A stretch of 64,000 bases of DNA from Anthoceros angustus (taxonomy: Eukaryota; Plantae; Anthocerotophyta): assembly GCA_010909165.1 (NCBI GenBank), contig VJWM01000205.1, forward strand, positions 62,001 to 126,000, given 5' to 3'. Below the pieces are notes generated by a model that saw nothing but the letters and a program-made list of their open reading frames with translations, made no database searches and was not told the DNA's origin. Both the position numbers and the translations under genes were made by a program. The stretch's first letter is position 1. Each line of letters begins with the position of its first letter. Below are positions 11,587-23,899 of the stretch, piece by piece.

Positions 11587-13219
11587 TCACCAAATCCCTA
11601 ACCTTGTTGGAAGCTAGCATCCGCCACCAAATTGCTTTTTTCAAAGAGCATGTGGTGTTGGTCGCAGACACAACTTTTATCATCCTCGACTACGCCTAGG
11701 TCGTGACGAATGGCGGGAGAAGTTATATTTTGCTCTCAACCTAGAAAAAGTGTGTTTGGCATATGAAGGTGTCCTATGAGAAGAGCGACATGTTTGGCAC
11801 ATGCAAGTGTTCTTTGAGAAGAGTGACAATGCATGTAGTTTAAGAGTTGGAGACGCGGACCTAACCTAGAAGCTCCATTAAGAGGATAAGTCCAACGTAT
11901 ATACATGTCTAGGCACCGAGTCCTCAAGGTGACTTGGAAGGACATATACTAAGAAGTTCCTTACAATCCAAATAATAACACTCGTGAAGAGTACGACGTT
12001 CAACCAAGTAGAATTTTGGCGAGGATGCTGACCATCAAATGTGGCTCAACCGGGTGCAAGCATTGTGAGAGTTGGTATTTTTGGTGAATAGTGATCGAGC
12101 TTAAAGAACAAATCAACACACACTTATAAGACTGCCTTTGTTAAGCATCGCTTACATGGGTACTTAGATAGGATGCCTCAAGGGAGTGGATGCCCTTGAT
12201 GCATGCCCTTTAGGCACAACATGGTACAAGTTGTTAAGTACCAAGTCCCATGACGAAAATTCTATCCAAGTGGACTTTAATATAATTCTTCTTCTTCTTC
12301 TTCTTAACGAGAGTTGGCTTATTAGTCCAGTGATGATCCATTGATATGAATGAATAATTAAATAACTAAGTAAATACTTAGTATATACAAGACATATTAT
12401 TTTTGTGTAATATCCGTTCACATTTAAACTCGATTGAATTACATGAGAGGAAGGAAAAAAAACCTCTAATCCTCTTGCACCTACTCCTCAGCAAGGAAGG
12501 TGAAACAAGAAACAAACAACAACCTATCCACGACATGTTAAGTGTTATCCCTTTCCTATTTTACCTTTTTCTATTTGCCAATATAAATGCATTGTTGTTG
12601 AAAAGGTCTCTCCATAGGAAAACACTTTGGCAGAATTAATGTTCAAGCGTACTATGATAATGATAAGGTAATATTATTTGCTTGAACATTGTTGGTTTTA
12701 TGATCTCAGTAGTTTTATAAACTTGTGTTCCTCTTGGTATAAACATGTAATGTAATAGATGAGATTAGAGTTTATAAACTTGTGTTCCTCTCGATATAAC
12801 ATTGCAATGCAATAGATAGATTCACTATATCAATGTAACTCTCCTTTCATCATATCATATGGTCTTTCAAAGCTGTGTTATACTACAGTAAATAGATTTA
12901 ATCATACTACGGTAGAAAATTTTTATCTATAATATAGTAAATAAACTTTACAGATTTTTATATTTAATAAAGTGATATAAAGAATATTAGAAACTATCTA
13001 GATATATATCTATTAGTACGGTGGCAGCTACATACCTACCTACATACGTACATATGCTACATTTCTGATTTGCTGAAAGGTGGTGATGTGCAAGGATTTT
13101 GAGAATGAAGCCACCGGTCCACTGGTGGACCCTTCCCACTGGCGGTTAGGAAAGCGGTGCGGCGAAACGTGGATAGTGAGCTACAGTGTTCGCAATAGGG
13201 TTCCGCCAGTTCCGCCCTT

Positions 13220-13227
13220 AAACCCTA
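13220..13227 (+). promoter_or_regulatory. Telo-box immediately upstream of RpoT
   Basis: AAACCCTA ends 21 bp before the first ATG. Confidence 0.5.
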
Positions 13228-13248
13228 GGGTAACGCTTGACTGCTGCA

Positions 13249-16200
13249 ATGGCCTGGTCGACAGTGCTGCCCGGAGCAGGAGCTGCGGCAGCCTGTCCAG
13301 CCAGGAGTCGGCAGTGCAAAAATCGGGTGGCACCGGCACGCAGCGCCAGCGGAGGGAATGGTGCGGGGAGGCTAGGCCCAGGATTGCCAGGTGAGATGTG
13401 GAGAGCAGTCGCCCGGCAGCTCACGCGTTCCACCACCCGCAGGCGCAGCATTCAGGATTTGCATCAGGGGCAGCAGCTGCAGGGACAGCATTGCCAGCAG
13501 CAGCAGGGGCCCTGCCGCGCGTGTCGCAGGTGGAAGAGCTCCGGGGCTGCGTCCGCCTTGGACAGATCCCCGGACCCCAGATGGGGGCCCCCGGGCCGCT
13601 TGGAGGCGGAATTGTGCTCGTCCGGGTCCCGGGACGCCGGGGCTCAGAGACTGAGCTGCCTTGAGGAAAGCGTGTTTGCGCTGGACACAGCCCTGCACAC
13701 CGTGCTGAATTTGCCCTGGATCGCCACGCATGTATTGGATGAACTTCCGGGGCGTGGCGGGGAAATTGGGAATTTCCAGGGCCCCCACCAGCTCAATGCG
13801 GTGGCGGGGACGGCAGAAGCGGCAGAGGAATTGGAAGGGGAGGCGGATTGCCGAAGGTTGATGTTTTGGCAGCGTTCGGGATTGAGGCCCCCGAGCTCGA
13901 GGGAGAAACGGGCATTGTTTCGTGGAAGGAAAGATTATGCGGAGTTGCTCGAGCGGCAGAAGGAGGCGGAAGTGAATGCCTGGACGGCCGCTGCTGCTAC
14001 CTACGGGGCCCTTATGGAGGAAATGTGCAGGAAAAATCTTGCACCGAATTTGCCTTTCGCGCAGTCTCTGCTGCTCGGATGGTTCGAGCCCCTTCGCGAT
14101 GCGATCGAGCGTGAGAAGAAGGGGTTTCTGGCCGGGGAATCCTTCCCGTATAGGTCCGTCTACGGTCCTTTTTTTCTCAAGCTGCCTTCGGATGTTCTGG
14201 CCGTGATAACTATGCACAAGCTCATGGGATTGTGCCTGGAGTTCAACGCGCATGGAAGTGCCACCGTCCGCGTCGTTGCTGCTGCTTTGCAAATTGGCGA
14301 AGCCCTTGAGAATGAGGTGGGATATGGTCGCCACTGACGGGACCCTGTCAGATTCTTTGGCTTGACGAAGGAATGTAGTGAAAGCTTGCGATTTGGCGCT
14401 GTCATTAAGAGTTCTGCCCACTCTTTGGCAGGATTACGTCAGGCAGTTGCTGGCCAAGCCCAAGAAGGGCGAAGTTGACGAAGAGAAGGACAAGGAAATT
14501 GCGCGCGTAAGAACGAAAGTCAAGACCATTGTGAAGTCGGGGAAGCTGAGAAAGCTCCCCTACATTTTCAAGAAGGCACAATCCTCAGAGCCTTGGGGTG
14601 GAGACATTTGTGCTAAGGTATGGGAAGCCTTGGTGTCCCTCCCGGACGTGCCTTTTTGCGATGACGTGACCAGATCTAATGATGGTTTGGATTCAGGTGG
14701 GAGCCCGCTTATTGCAGCTTTTGGTGGAGACAGCTGTTGTTACGCCACCAGCCGGTGAATCCGGGAACGATGTGCCAGAGCATCGCCCAGCATTCAGGCA
14801 CACGTTGAAAATGATGCCCAAGAAAAAGATCAATCTGTAATGCAACGCTGTTTTTGCTGTTAGTTTTTAGGTGTTTCTAGGAAGCTTTGAGGTACAAGTT
14901 ATGACAGCCGATTGTATGGTTTCGCTGTTTTTCGGCAGAGCCAATCGCAATTATGGAGTGATAGAAATGGATCAATTTGTTTACCAAGAGCTAGGAAGAT
15001 CGGTGAGTGATCAGGGTTCGTTGTTCGACTTGCCACACATTTGTCTTGATGTAGAGACACTGTGTGTTGGAGCAAGTCTTCTGCATGTCAAATGCTCAAG
15101 CTTCCTGGCCTGGTTTGTATACTTCCATCTGATCTTACTTCTGCTGTACAGGTCCTCCGTACTGGGATGCCGTACATGCCCATGCTTGTTCCACCCATTG
15201 AATGGACAGGGTAAGCCTCTCTTCAAGCAGTCTGTGTGAAATGATTGTACCCTTTTCTGCGTTTGTTTCTCCCAAATTGTAGACCTAGTTGCGCTGTTTG
15301 GTCTGTTGAGGTCAGTGTCAGTGCAAGGCTGTCTGTTCATGTCCTGAGTTGCAGCTATTCGAAAGGTGCTTATTTGTACCTGAGAAGTGCCATTATGCGC
15401 ACTCATGGATCAAAGGTGCAAGCAAAGGCTATAAAGGAGCATGAAAGGTGCGGCATGACGCCTGTTTTTGAGGTAACTTTGCACGATGATTTGGATAAGG
15501 TCCCTGACGGGCTGGATGTACTTGTTCTTTGCTTCTTACCAATATTTTTTGGGTAGGCTCTTGACACTCTAGGAACCACTGCGTGGCGAATAAATAAGCG
15601 TATTCTTGATGTGGTGGAGGAGCTGTGGAGAAGTGGAGGTGGAGTAGCGAATTTGGTGGACCAAGCTGATGTGAGCATTTGATGCCAGCTTTCTATTTGC
15701 CTAACAGGGTCTAGGTTTTAGCAGGGCTCATGGATGTTGACAATGCTGTGTATCTTGTGTTCATAGGTGGACATACCAGAGAAACCAGACACCGAAGATA
15801 AGGCTCTTTTGGCAAAGTACAAGAGAGAGGCAAGCATTGCGAAGCGCATCAACGGAGAGAGGCACTCATTACGCTGCGACATGAATCTCAAGCTCGAGGT
15901 TTGATTAGTTCGTATTGCTCTTCTATTGTTGGAAGTTCATTATGCTGAGAAATGCCTGGCGAGTGAGAACCTATACAGTCTGGAGTAAAATAGGTCTTTG
16001 TTGCCTGTACTTTTGCAGGTTGCTCAGAAGATGGCTGAGGAGGAATGTTTTTTCTACCCACATAATATAGACTTTAGAGGAAGGGCCTATCCGATGCATC
16101 CTCACCTCAACCACTTGGGGTCTGATGTATCCCGTGGAATATTAGAGTTTGCTGAAGGCCGTGCGCTGGGCCAGAAGGGCTTAAGGTGGCTTAAGATAAG

Positions 16201-18268
16201 CCTTGCAAACCTTTTCGGGGGAGGGGTGGATAAGCTGGCTTTCGATGGCCGGATTGCATTTGTGGACAACAACATGGAGAATGTCTTTGATTCTGCTGCG
16301 AGGCCCTTAGATGGCGATCGGTGGTGGCTTGGAGCAGAATATCCATTCCAGTGTCTTGCGATTTGCATGGATCTGAGGAATGCCCTCATGACAAGCAATC
16401 CTCAGGGCTACATTTCTCACCTACCTGTACATCAGGTGCTTGTCATTGTCCTGGAGTTGGCAGCCTTGTGAAGATTGCAAATGATCCCCACAGTGTCTGT
16501 GAAGATGGTTTAAGTTCTGGAATGTCCTGTGCAGGATGGTTCTTGCAATGGACTGCAACACTATGCAGCCTTAGGGAGGGATCAGGTAAGTTCTTATTGA
16601 ATTCTTCTTTGATACATTTATTTCGTTGATTTTGGGGCAGGATCTAAACATTGGCTGACTGCTGACAGGTTGGTGCTGCTTCAGTCAACCTCATTGCAAG
16701 GCACAAACCTGCAGATGTTTATATGAGCATTGCAAAAAGGTGTACCTTAGAACTAGTCGACTATGTTGTCCATGTCTCAGCCTCGTTTTTTTTTTCATCC
16801 AATCAAAAGGCTTACTCTGTGTCAGGCTGGCAGAGTGCATGCGATTATGGAAAAAGATGCATTGGGGCCTGCAGATTCACGATCTGCACAGCAGGCCAGA
16901 GTATTAATCGGTCAGGTATGTAACCTTGAATGATGTATCTGTGATTCAGAACCATAGGAGGCAGGTGAATTAACATTTGCTGTTTTGTAGGTGGACAGGA
17001 AACTGGTAAAGCAGACTGTGATGACATCAGTGTATGGCGTTACCTTCATAGGAGCTAGGGGCCAAATCATGGCTAGACTAATGGAAAGGAACTGTTTACC
17101 GGAAGGACACAGTGCCTTTGTTGCTGCCAGCTATGCAGCCAGAGTAAGCAGCGGCCTGCCGGCACTGACATTGACGAGTCTTTCATATATGGAAATGGCA
17201 GCGTGGATCAAAATTGTTAGGTGAACCAAAGTCTTAGGCTGAGATGAGGGATGGATGGGATCACAGGTAACGCTGAGTGCCCTTGGAGAGATGTTTAAGG
17301 AGGCAAGATGCATAATGGGGTGGCTTGGTGATTGTGCGAAGGTGATTAAACTAACCCTTTTTGAAGAGCAGCTTAAGATATCCCCTAGGTTGTATCCTTC
17401 TCGGGTTGAAACGTGGGTTTTTGTGGTAGATCATTGCCAGCCAAAACACGCCAGTGCAATGGAAGACACCTCTGGGGCTTCCTGTGGTCCAGCCTTACAG
17501 GAGGGAAGGCAGACATACGGTATTAGTCTTGTCTCGCTTGCCCCTTCTCCATATGGTGCTGTGTAAAGCTTTTTGTTTCTATATATAGATAGCATCGCAT
17601 GTTCATGACTTTCTTGCTCGCAGGTGAAAACATCCTTGCAGGTTCTTTCTTTGAGGAGATTTGACGACCAACCAGTAAGCTGTCTTTCTTCTCTAACCAC
17701 CGTGTGGTGAGGATAAATCTAAGCATCTTACAAACGATTGAACGATGGAACAGGTATCTGTAGTAAGGCAACGTAGTGCATTCCCTCCAAATTTTGTGCA
17801 TTCCCTTGATGGAACGCACATGATGATGACTGCCGTGGCTTGTGGGAAGGAAGGATTGTCATTTGCAGGTACTTTTCCTTAAGTGGTAGCTTGCATGATG
17901 AACTGCTATCAGTTGCTGACTGTTTGTGCAATGGCATCCCGTGCAACTTTGACCAAACCATGTGCCTGCAGGTGTGCATGACTCCTACTGGACTCATGCT
18001 GCCGATGTGGATCGGATGAACCAGATTCTTAGGGAGAAGTTTGTGGAGCTTTATAGCCAACCGATTTTGGAAGATGTACGGGACTGCTCAAGCGCGCCGT
18101 GTTGCACGTTTTAGAGTTTCGCTTCGGTTCTAACCCCTTGCACGGTGGATCTTGCAGCTTCTGAAGGGTTTCAAAAATCAGTTTCCTGATCTGGAGTTTC
18201 CAGATGTACCAGGAAGGGGTGAGCTCGACTTGAAAGAAGTTCTGGTCTCGCCGTATTTTTTCAACTAG
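13249..18268 (+). CDS. RpoT: Nuclear-encoded phage (T7)-type organellar RNA polymerase, 19 exons and 18 GT-AG introns, apparently intact
   Basis: Exons traced in frame: exon 1 13249-14316 ([37 protein letters not shown]), [47 protein letters not shown]|[13 protein letters not shown] (motif A), [14 protein letters not shown] (motif B), [21 protein letters not shown] (motif C), terminal SPYFFN-TAG (18266-18268). Confidence 0.97.
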
Positions 18269-18435
18269 GATGATGACACTGTCCTGCAACGGGGCAGGTG
18301 TACCATATGAAGATGAGTCCCATTCTGTAACATTCTGATTCACATTATAATAAATGTGAAACAACTCTTTCTTGCTTATAAGTTTCAGGTTTTATAACAG
18401 TGTGAAGGCAATTGGCTGGTACCTATAGGCGTCGC

Positions 18436-19701
18436 TCATATATCAAGGGACACGGCAGGAAGCTCCTGGAAGGAGACTTGTTCTCCCACACAGCAAGCCC
18501 ATTGTCGATTAACGGGGTCATACCGTTCAAGATAGTGAGGATCTACATTGGCCTGCTTCACATAGAACATGCCGTTGAACACTTGGCCGCGGCAGGCACC
18601 TCTCATTTGGAGCATGCTTGGGATCTGCTCCCATTCTTGCCGCTGCACGTCAAAAATTTCTGCAAAGGATAACGCCTGGCCATGCGCGTCGTAACCTCCA
18701 GACACTATCAGCTTGGCATGATTCATGGCTTCATCAGCAAAAGCCCCCGACGCAAAGCCGAAACGTGAAGTCCGCATGGCCGGTACTTCACTCCAGCAAT
18801 TCTGGAACAGATCATAAGCATCCACTCTGGCAAACACCACAAACTCGTTCCCTGAGATGAGAGGTGATCTACCACCAACGATGTACACAAGGCCATTGGT
18901 CCCAGCTATCACCCCGAACTGGAGCCGCTGAGGAGCATCCAGTGGGGATATAGAGAGGCAAGCATTCGATCTGAGGTCGTGTGCGTGACCTTGCAAGCAC
19001 CGGAATGCACAATTTTTCGAGTACTCGTTGGCCAAAACAAACGTCCATGGCTCTGTCAGCCCCAGGTCCTTCCGCAGCTGGCGCAGGGAATTGCTTTGTC
19101 CCAGCCGGTACCATCGCTTGCACACCGCTCTCACTCTGTGCAGAAACCTAACGGGAATTCTGGCAAAACATAGCTGGAGCAACTCGTCCGGGACATCGCA
19201 CACCGAAGTTTCCGAGTGCACGCGCAGTAGTGTTAAAGAGGCCGCGGTCGATCCTCCTCCTTCATCCTGCGCACAAGTAAGGTGATTAACCAGCTGAATC
19301 AAGAGCAGTAACAGTTTGAATCAGAGTACAGCGCACTGCCAGGCCAAGCTCCGCAAACCGGGTCAACAGAGCGACAGCAAGAGAAGAAATCGCGCATTCC
19401 TGGACCAGCAAAACACAGGTGTAGAAAGAACGTTCCAGACCGAGCAGCTTTCAAATAACACAAACTGGCCGCATTCAAATGCTTAACGCATCGGCCGGAC
19501 GAGGGAGCACATGAACTGAAATGCAATCCGAGCATGCTGAAGAAACCAACAAAGCAAGCACAAGAAAGGATATTCCACGGGAAAACAAACCCCAGGAATC
19601 TCCCATCACGCCTCTTCCAATTCCGATCCAACAAGCGGCGCTCAAATAGGATCACAGACCTGCTCCAGCCCTGCGCGGCTGCCATCTCTTAGCTGTTGCA
19701 T
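18436..19701 (-). CDS. F-box/kelch-repeat protein (probably 2 exons: 19701-19660 and 19266-18436)
   Basis: F-box DVPDELLQLCFARIPVRFLHRVRAVCKRW followed by kelch repeats (GLVYIVGG..VDAYDLFQNCWSEVPAMRTSR; LIVSGGYD..AEIFDVQRQEWEQIPSM). A phase-0 GT..CAG intron links a 14-codon first exon (MQQLRDGSRAGLEQ); that exon and the C-terminus are inferred. Confidence 0.85.
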
Positions 19702-21741
19702 GAACAGGTGCCGATGCCGATGCCGGTGCAAACGGAAGGGCCAGCAGGCGGCAAAGACAGGGCAAGGCAAGACTGTCCACTACCACGAAAGCGGCGGTCC
19801 AGCTGCTGCGTCTAGAGCGGGAGCCGGTGCAAATTTATCCCGCTCGTAGCTGAGCCGCCGGTTCTCCGGCAGTTATATCCCGTCCCGTTCCACGCGCGAA
19901 AGGAGCTAGAATCCTAGAGCAGCCTTGCGCGATCGTGCGAAACACCGCGTGGAAGTGGCAGATCGTGAGCGGGCAAAAGTGTGCGCCACACTGCAGTGCT
20001 CTCAACCAGTGTCGGGTATCCGCACCGGAGGCGGAGGAGGAAGCGGAGCTCAGATATTGCTGGTTGCGTGAGAACGCGTCGTCGCAGCGTTGCATCGCAT
20101 CGCATCACATCTCATGGCGCTGCATCGCAGCCGTTTCTGACTTTATTAACCGCGGACTCGGCCGGTGCAGGGCGTGGGAGCCCCCACCACCAGTACAGCC
20201 TTAGGTGTTATCTTAGTCGCGGTGCTGGAAAGTTAGCCTGGTCCCACGTGGGAGGGAATCCTGAAATGGCGTGCAGCCATATTCCGAGCATTGTTATGCA
20301 GGCGGCCCGGCACAGGCCGCGGTAACCGCGTCAGTCGCGACCACCAACCTCCACAAACGCCTCCGCCCTGTCACTTTTCCGCTCCTGCATTATCCACCGT
20401 TATGCATACATTAGCGAGCAGAGCCCCATGTGGGCCAGCCATATCGGGTCCCCAGCAGAGCCAAGGACATTCGCCACCTTTTCGGCGATCGATTGCGCCC
20501 GGAAAGCCGACCTCACGGGAAACTAGGAACCACAAGCAGCATTCAGCAGCTGTTGCGCCTGCCAGTGTGCATAGAATGTAGGTTGCACCTTTTGTGTGTT
20601 TCTCTTCTCTTGGCTTGTTGGTTTCTCCAGGTAGGTTCACCTCACCATTCCGCACTGCCGGCCCATGAGGCAGCTCCCCTTCTTCAGATTGGGCAAGGGG
20701 CGTGCCAGGCACATGGACTGTGCTCGCCGGTACGCAACCATATTTGAGTAGAGTACTTGGCCCGATTCCGGACGGACCAAGTACCGGAATTGGCCCCCAC
20801 GGCCTGTAACTCGGACATAAAAGAATGGGGTTTTAAAGAAACTTTAGTGGTTCCTTATGCCATAAGTAATGTTATATAAAGTTAAATATCTCTGGTCAAT
20901 GATAGATTTGGATCCACACATCAAATCACATATAAGATATTATTTTCTAGTCTAATTTGGGTATCTCCATTCCACACAACATTGGGAAACTCAATTTTGG
21001 CTATCTTAAGATACAGGAATTTAATATCCTATGGACGTTAGGGAGACTGGTTTACCAACTCCACACCACCATCAATGAATGCCAGCCTGCCTCTTAAAGT
21101 TCTATTCAAAATTGAGCAGAGAAGCCTCTTTGCTGCTCAAGTTTTCCCCGCCTTCTTCACACATCTTTGTAAACCCAAATTTTGTGAAGGAAGACTTCCT
21201 CTTCCTGAATCCAATCTTCACCTCTCCAGCTCATGTTGTTGCTGCCTGCAACACACATCAAACTCGCTCAACCTCTATGCAAAGAAAGAAGTACCTGAAC
21301 AGGAAGTGCAATTGTGAAAAATGTGTATACTAAAGGGAAGAGCCTTTCTTCCAATCCTTCCACTACAAGTGCCCTTTCCCATCTAGAGTTATGGGAGAGG
21401 ATTGGTATCTCACTGTAGAAAAGAAAGGATCTACCTGTCCTTCCTGTGTTCGCCCTCCCATTATGTCTACACGTTGCTGCCTCAAGCAACCGTTGCTAGA
21501 GAAATTTACAGGCTTGAAGCTTGCACCTTGGCCACAAGAGCTTGAACATCTGTCAACCTTCAACCAGCTTGTACGTCGGAGGACTTGGGAGCTTGAGCTA
21601 TACCACAAGCGACAAGAGGACAAAGGTTTGAAGCTGCTGATTCTGTTGCAGTTCGTACATAGAAGCTTTGTCATATATATTATAGACAGGTTGCATGTTG
21701 TGGCGTAACATGTGCTTTCCTTTCCAATACTAATGCTATAA

Positions 21742-22696
21742 ATGGCCAAGCAAAGCAAAAGAAGGATCCCAAGCAAGAATCGAGTGAGCACTTGTGCTCT
21801 CCAAGTTGGCCTTCCAAACTGGCAAGTGAGATTTCCAAGAAACATCAAACAAAAGACAGGGAATTGGAGCATGGCCACGCTGAAAGAAGCCCTGGCTGCG
21901 CTCGATCGCGGCATGAATCTAAGAGAGGTAGAGCAATATTTCGGGATCTCAAGGAGCACCTTGTCGGATTGGAGGAGAGGGAAAGTTGACGCTCAGCAAA
22001 AGGAAAGGCGGTTGTGTTTAGACTTGTGAGGAGGAAAACCAAGTTGCCACCCCTACATCAATGGGGTGGTAGGCCTACGCCATTTGTGAATGGAATTCCT
22101 AGTAGGCATTGGTGCCAAGGGTTCCTTCGATGCCACCCCTACATGAGGAAAAGAAAGGCCACTGGATTAGAGCCATCAAGAGCAAGAGCTATGAATCCCG
22201 ATGTGATTGCTTCTTTTTATGCACAATTGGCTAGCATCTATGATTCAGTTGATGGCCCTTTTTCAGCATGCAGGATATGGAACATGGATGAAACCAACGT
22301 GCAATAAGGGAGGGAGGGAGCACTTATCATTCTAGGACTGCGTGGCTCTCATGACATGGCTGTCCCCACTGCAGATGTGAAACAATCTCTCACATATGTT
22401 GCTTGTGGCAATGCAGCACGCCACAAACTTCCAGGTCTTTACATTTTTAAGGGGTCGAGCCACACCACGTCCAAGACAAACCTCATGAGGTTTGTCTAGG
22501 AGGAAGGAGCTATTGGCTGTAGGCAAGAGAATGCATTCATAACTGCAGATATCTTCCTACAAGGATTACAGCATTTCCACCGACAAGTTGGCAGCACCAT
22601 GAGCCCAACTTGCAAACATGTTTTGTTGTTAGATGGAGCAAAACAACATTTTTCATTGGAGGCTGCAACTTATGCACAAGAAATGGGCTTGATGTC
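21742..22696 (+). pseudogene. Pogo/Fot1-like (DDE_1) DNA transposase, N-terminal part, disrupted
   Basis: WSMATLKEALAALDRGMNLREVEQYFGISRSTLSDW (Psq-type HTH), WCQGFLRCHP (CENP-B-type HTH), IWNMDET (Asp1), LPGLYIFKG, VLLLDGAKQH (Asp2); contains stops and frameshifts. Confidence 0.9.
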
Positions 22697-23214
22697 TGTG
22701 GCGGGACTTTTGCTGATGGCCAGCCGGGCGCGCACAATCCCGTGTCGTTGTAGGAAGAAGTCCGTTCCCAAGGGAATGATAGGCCGTTTACGCGTTTGGT
22801 GATTCTGTCCTTAGCGCTCGTTCGGTCTCACACACATACTCCTAACTACTCTGGCGTTCACCGTCTGATGGCCAAGCGTTTAGGACCCGTTCGCGTCCGT
22901 ATCGTTCACATACATCCTTCGCATCCGGTCCTTTCCTCTCTCTCACGCTACACTCTTGATCTTAGAAAAGGCCTTGATTCTGTGATCCGGACCTCCTCGT
23001 TCGCGGGCCTCTCGTCCGGGCTCTACCCTCCGGAGTTCCTCCGGCTCAGTCCGTTCGGTGTCGGACGCGGCTCTCGGGGCGAAAACGGATCACGATCACC
23101 CTTCCACACACACACCACAGCGCGTTAAGTCGTCACGGGACCTTGATCAATCTCCCGGGCGCCGTGCACCTTTCGGTGACTCGGGACTCACGTTAGCAAG
23201 AAGACTCACAAAGG

Positions 23215-23300
23215 TGCAAGCGGCATCAACACCAAGAAAGATGCTTTACTAGCCTCGGCCCTCTTATCTGCGCCCAAGGTGGCGTCTTTATTACACCCCT
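23215..23300 (-). promoter_or_regulatory. Conserved putative LTR promoter/poly(A) block
   Basis: GTGTAATAAAGACGCC..CTTGGGCG.AG.ATAAGAGGGCCG..TAGTAAAGCATCTTT..CTTGG is shared between families A and B; family B reads TATAAGA at ~63544. Function is inferred. Confidence 0.55.
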
Positions 23301-23619
23301 ATTACGTGATAGCTCGGTATACCTAATCGCCTACCGGCCTATCCCCTATCTCCTTCCATGGTGTGGGAAGGTCACAGGCCCGCCCGGGTGGTCAATCCCC
23401 GTCTGGCAGTTGTGGTGCACCCAATCGGATGATCCGTGAGGCGGGCCCTCCTCTCCCGGAATCACAGCCGGGTTGGGCTCTGGCGGCAGCGACGCCGTTA
23501 CCACGGCGTCATCCTCCTGGCCCCTCAGGTCGCCCGGTGGGGCCACCACTATCTGCTCCCCTAAGCGTAAGTCGAAGGGGCTCCTCCTTCTTGCCGCGGT
23601 CCTCGAGGTCTGTCTCGAC

Positions 23620-23795
23620 TCCGAACTTGAGTCCGGCTTATTCACAGGTCCGGACTTGAGGTCCGGACTTGAGGTCCGGACCTCGGGGTCCGGACTTGTC
23701 CGGGGGACTTGAGTCCGGACTTATTGTCCGGACTTGAGTCCGGACTTATTCAGTCCGGACTTGGTCGGCCTCCCTGAGTCCGGACAAAGTCGGAC
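23620..23795. repeat. Sub-repeat array inside the family A LTR built on the palindrome AGTCCGGACT (also ~35085-35250, ~47480-47715, ~50060-50235)
   Basis: Repeated GAG(G)TCCGGACTT units with variable short spacers; unit number differs between LTR copies. Confidence 0.9.
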
Positions 23796-23899
23796 TCCAC
23801 CGGGTTTCCTCCCTCACGGGACTCCTCCGTGGCTCTCCTCGAAGTCCTCCTCCCGATCGCGTGACTCGCCGTTGGCCTCCTTCCATGGTGAGGTGCGGG

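Noticed and set aside
11700-12150. Possible L1-type LINE remnant on the minus strand (..IIWIVRN..)
   Set aside because: Only a faint resemblance to the W..RN motif, with no supporting RT or zinc-knuckle motif.
13372-14421. 349-aa minus-strand ORF
   Set aside because: Antisense shadow of RpoT exon 1.
13249-18268. T7-like polymerase as evidence of a phage, prophage or linear plasmid
   Set aside because: 18 spliceosomal introns and an N-terminal targeting extension identify the ordinary nuclear RpoT gene.
19835-20750. Cluster of small GC-rich ORFs upstream of the F-box gene
   Set aside because: No domain similarity or convincing splice chain; more likely promoter or 5' UTR sequence.
21075-21959. 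ORFs of 80-198 aa upstream of the Pogo transposase
   Set aside because: No recognisable family, and TIRs that would place them inside the transposon were not found.
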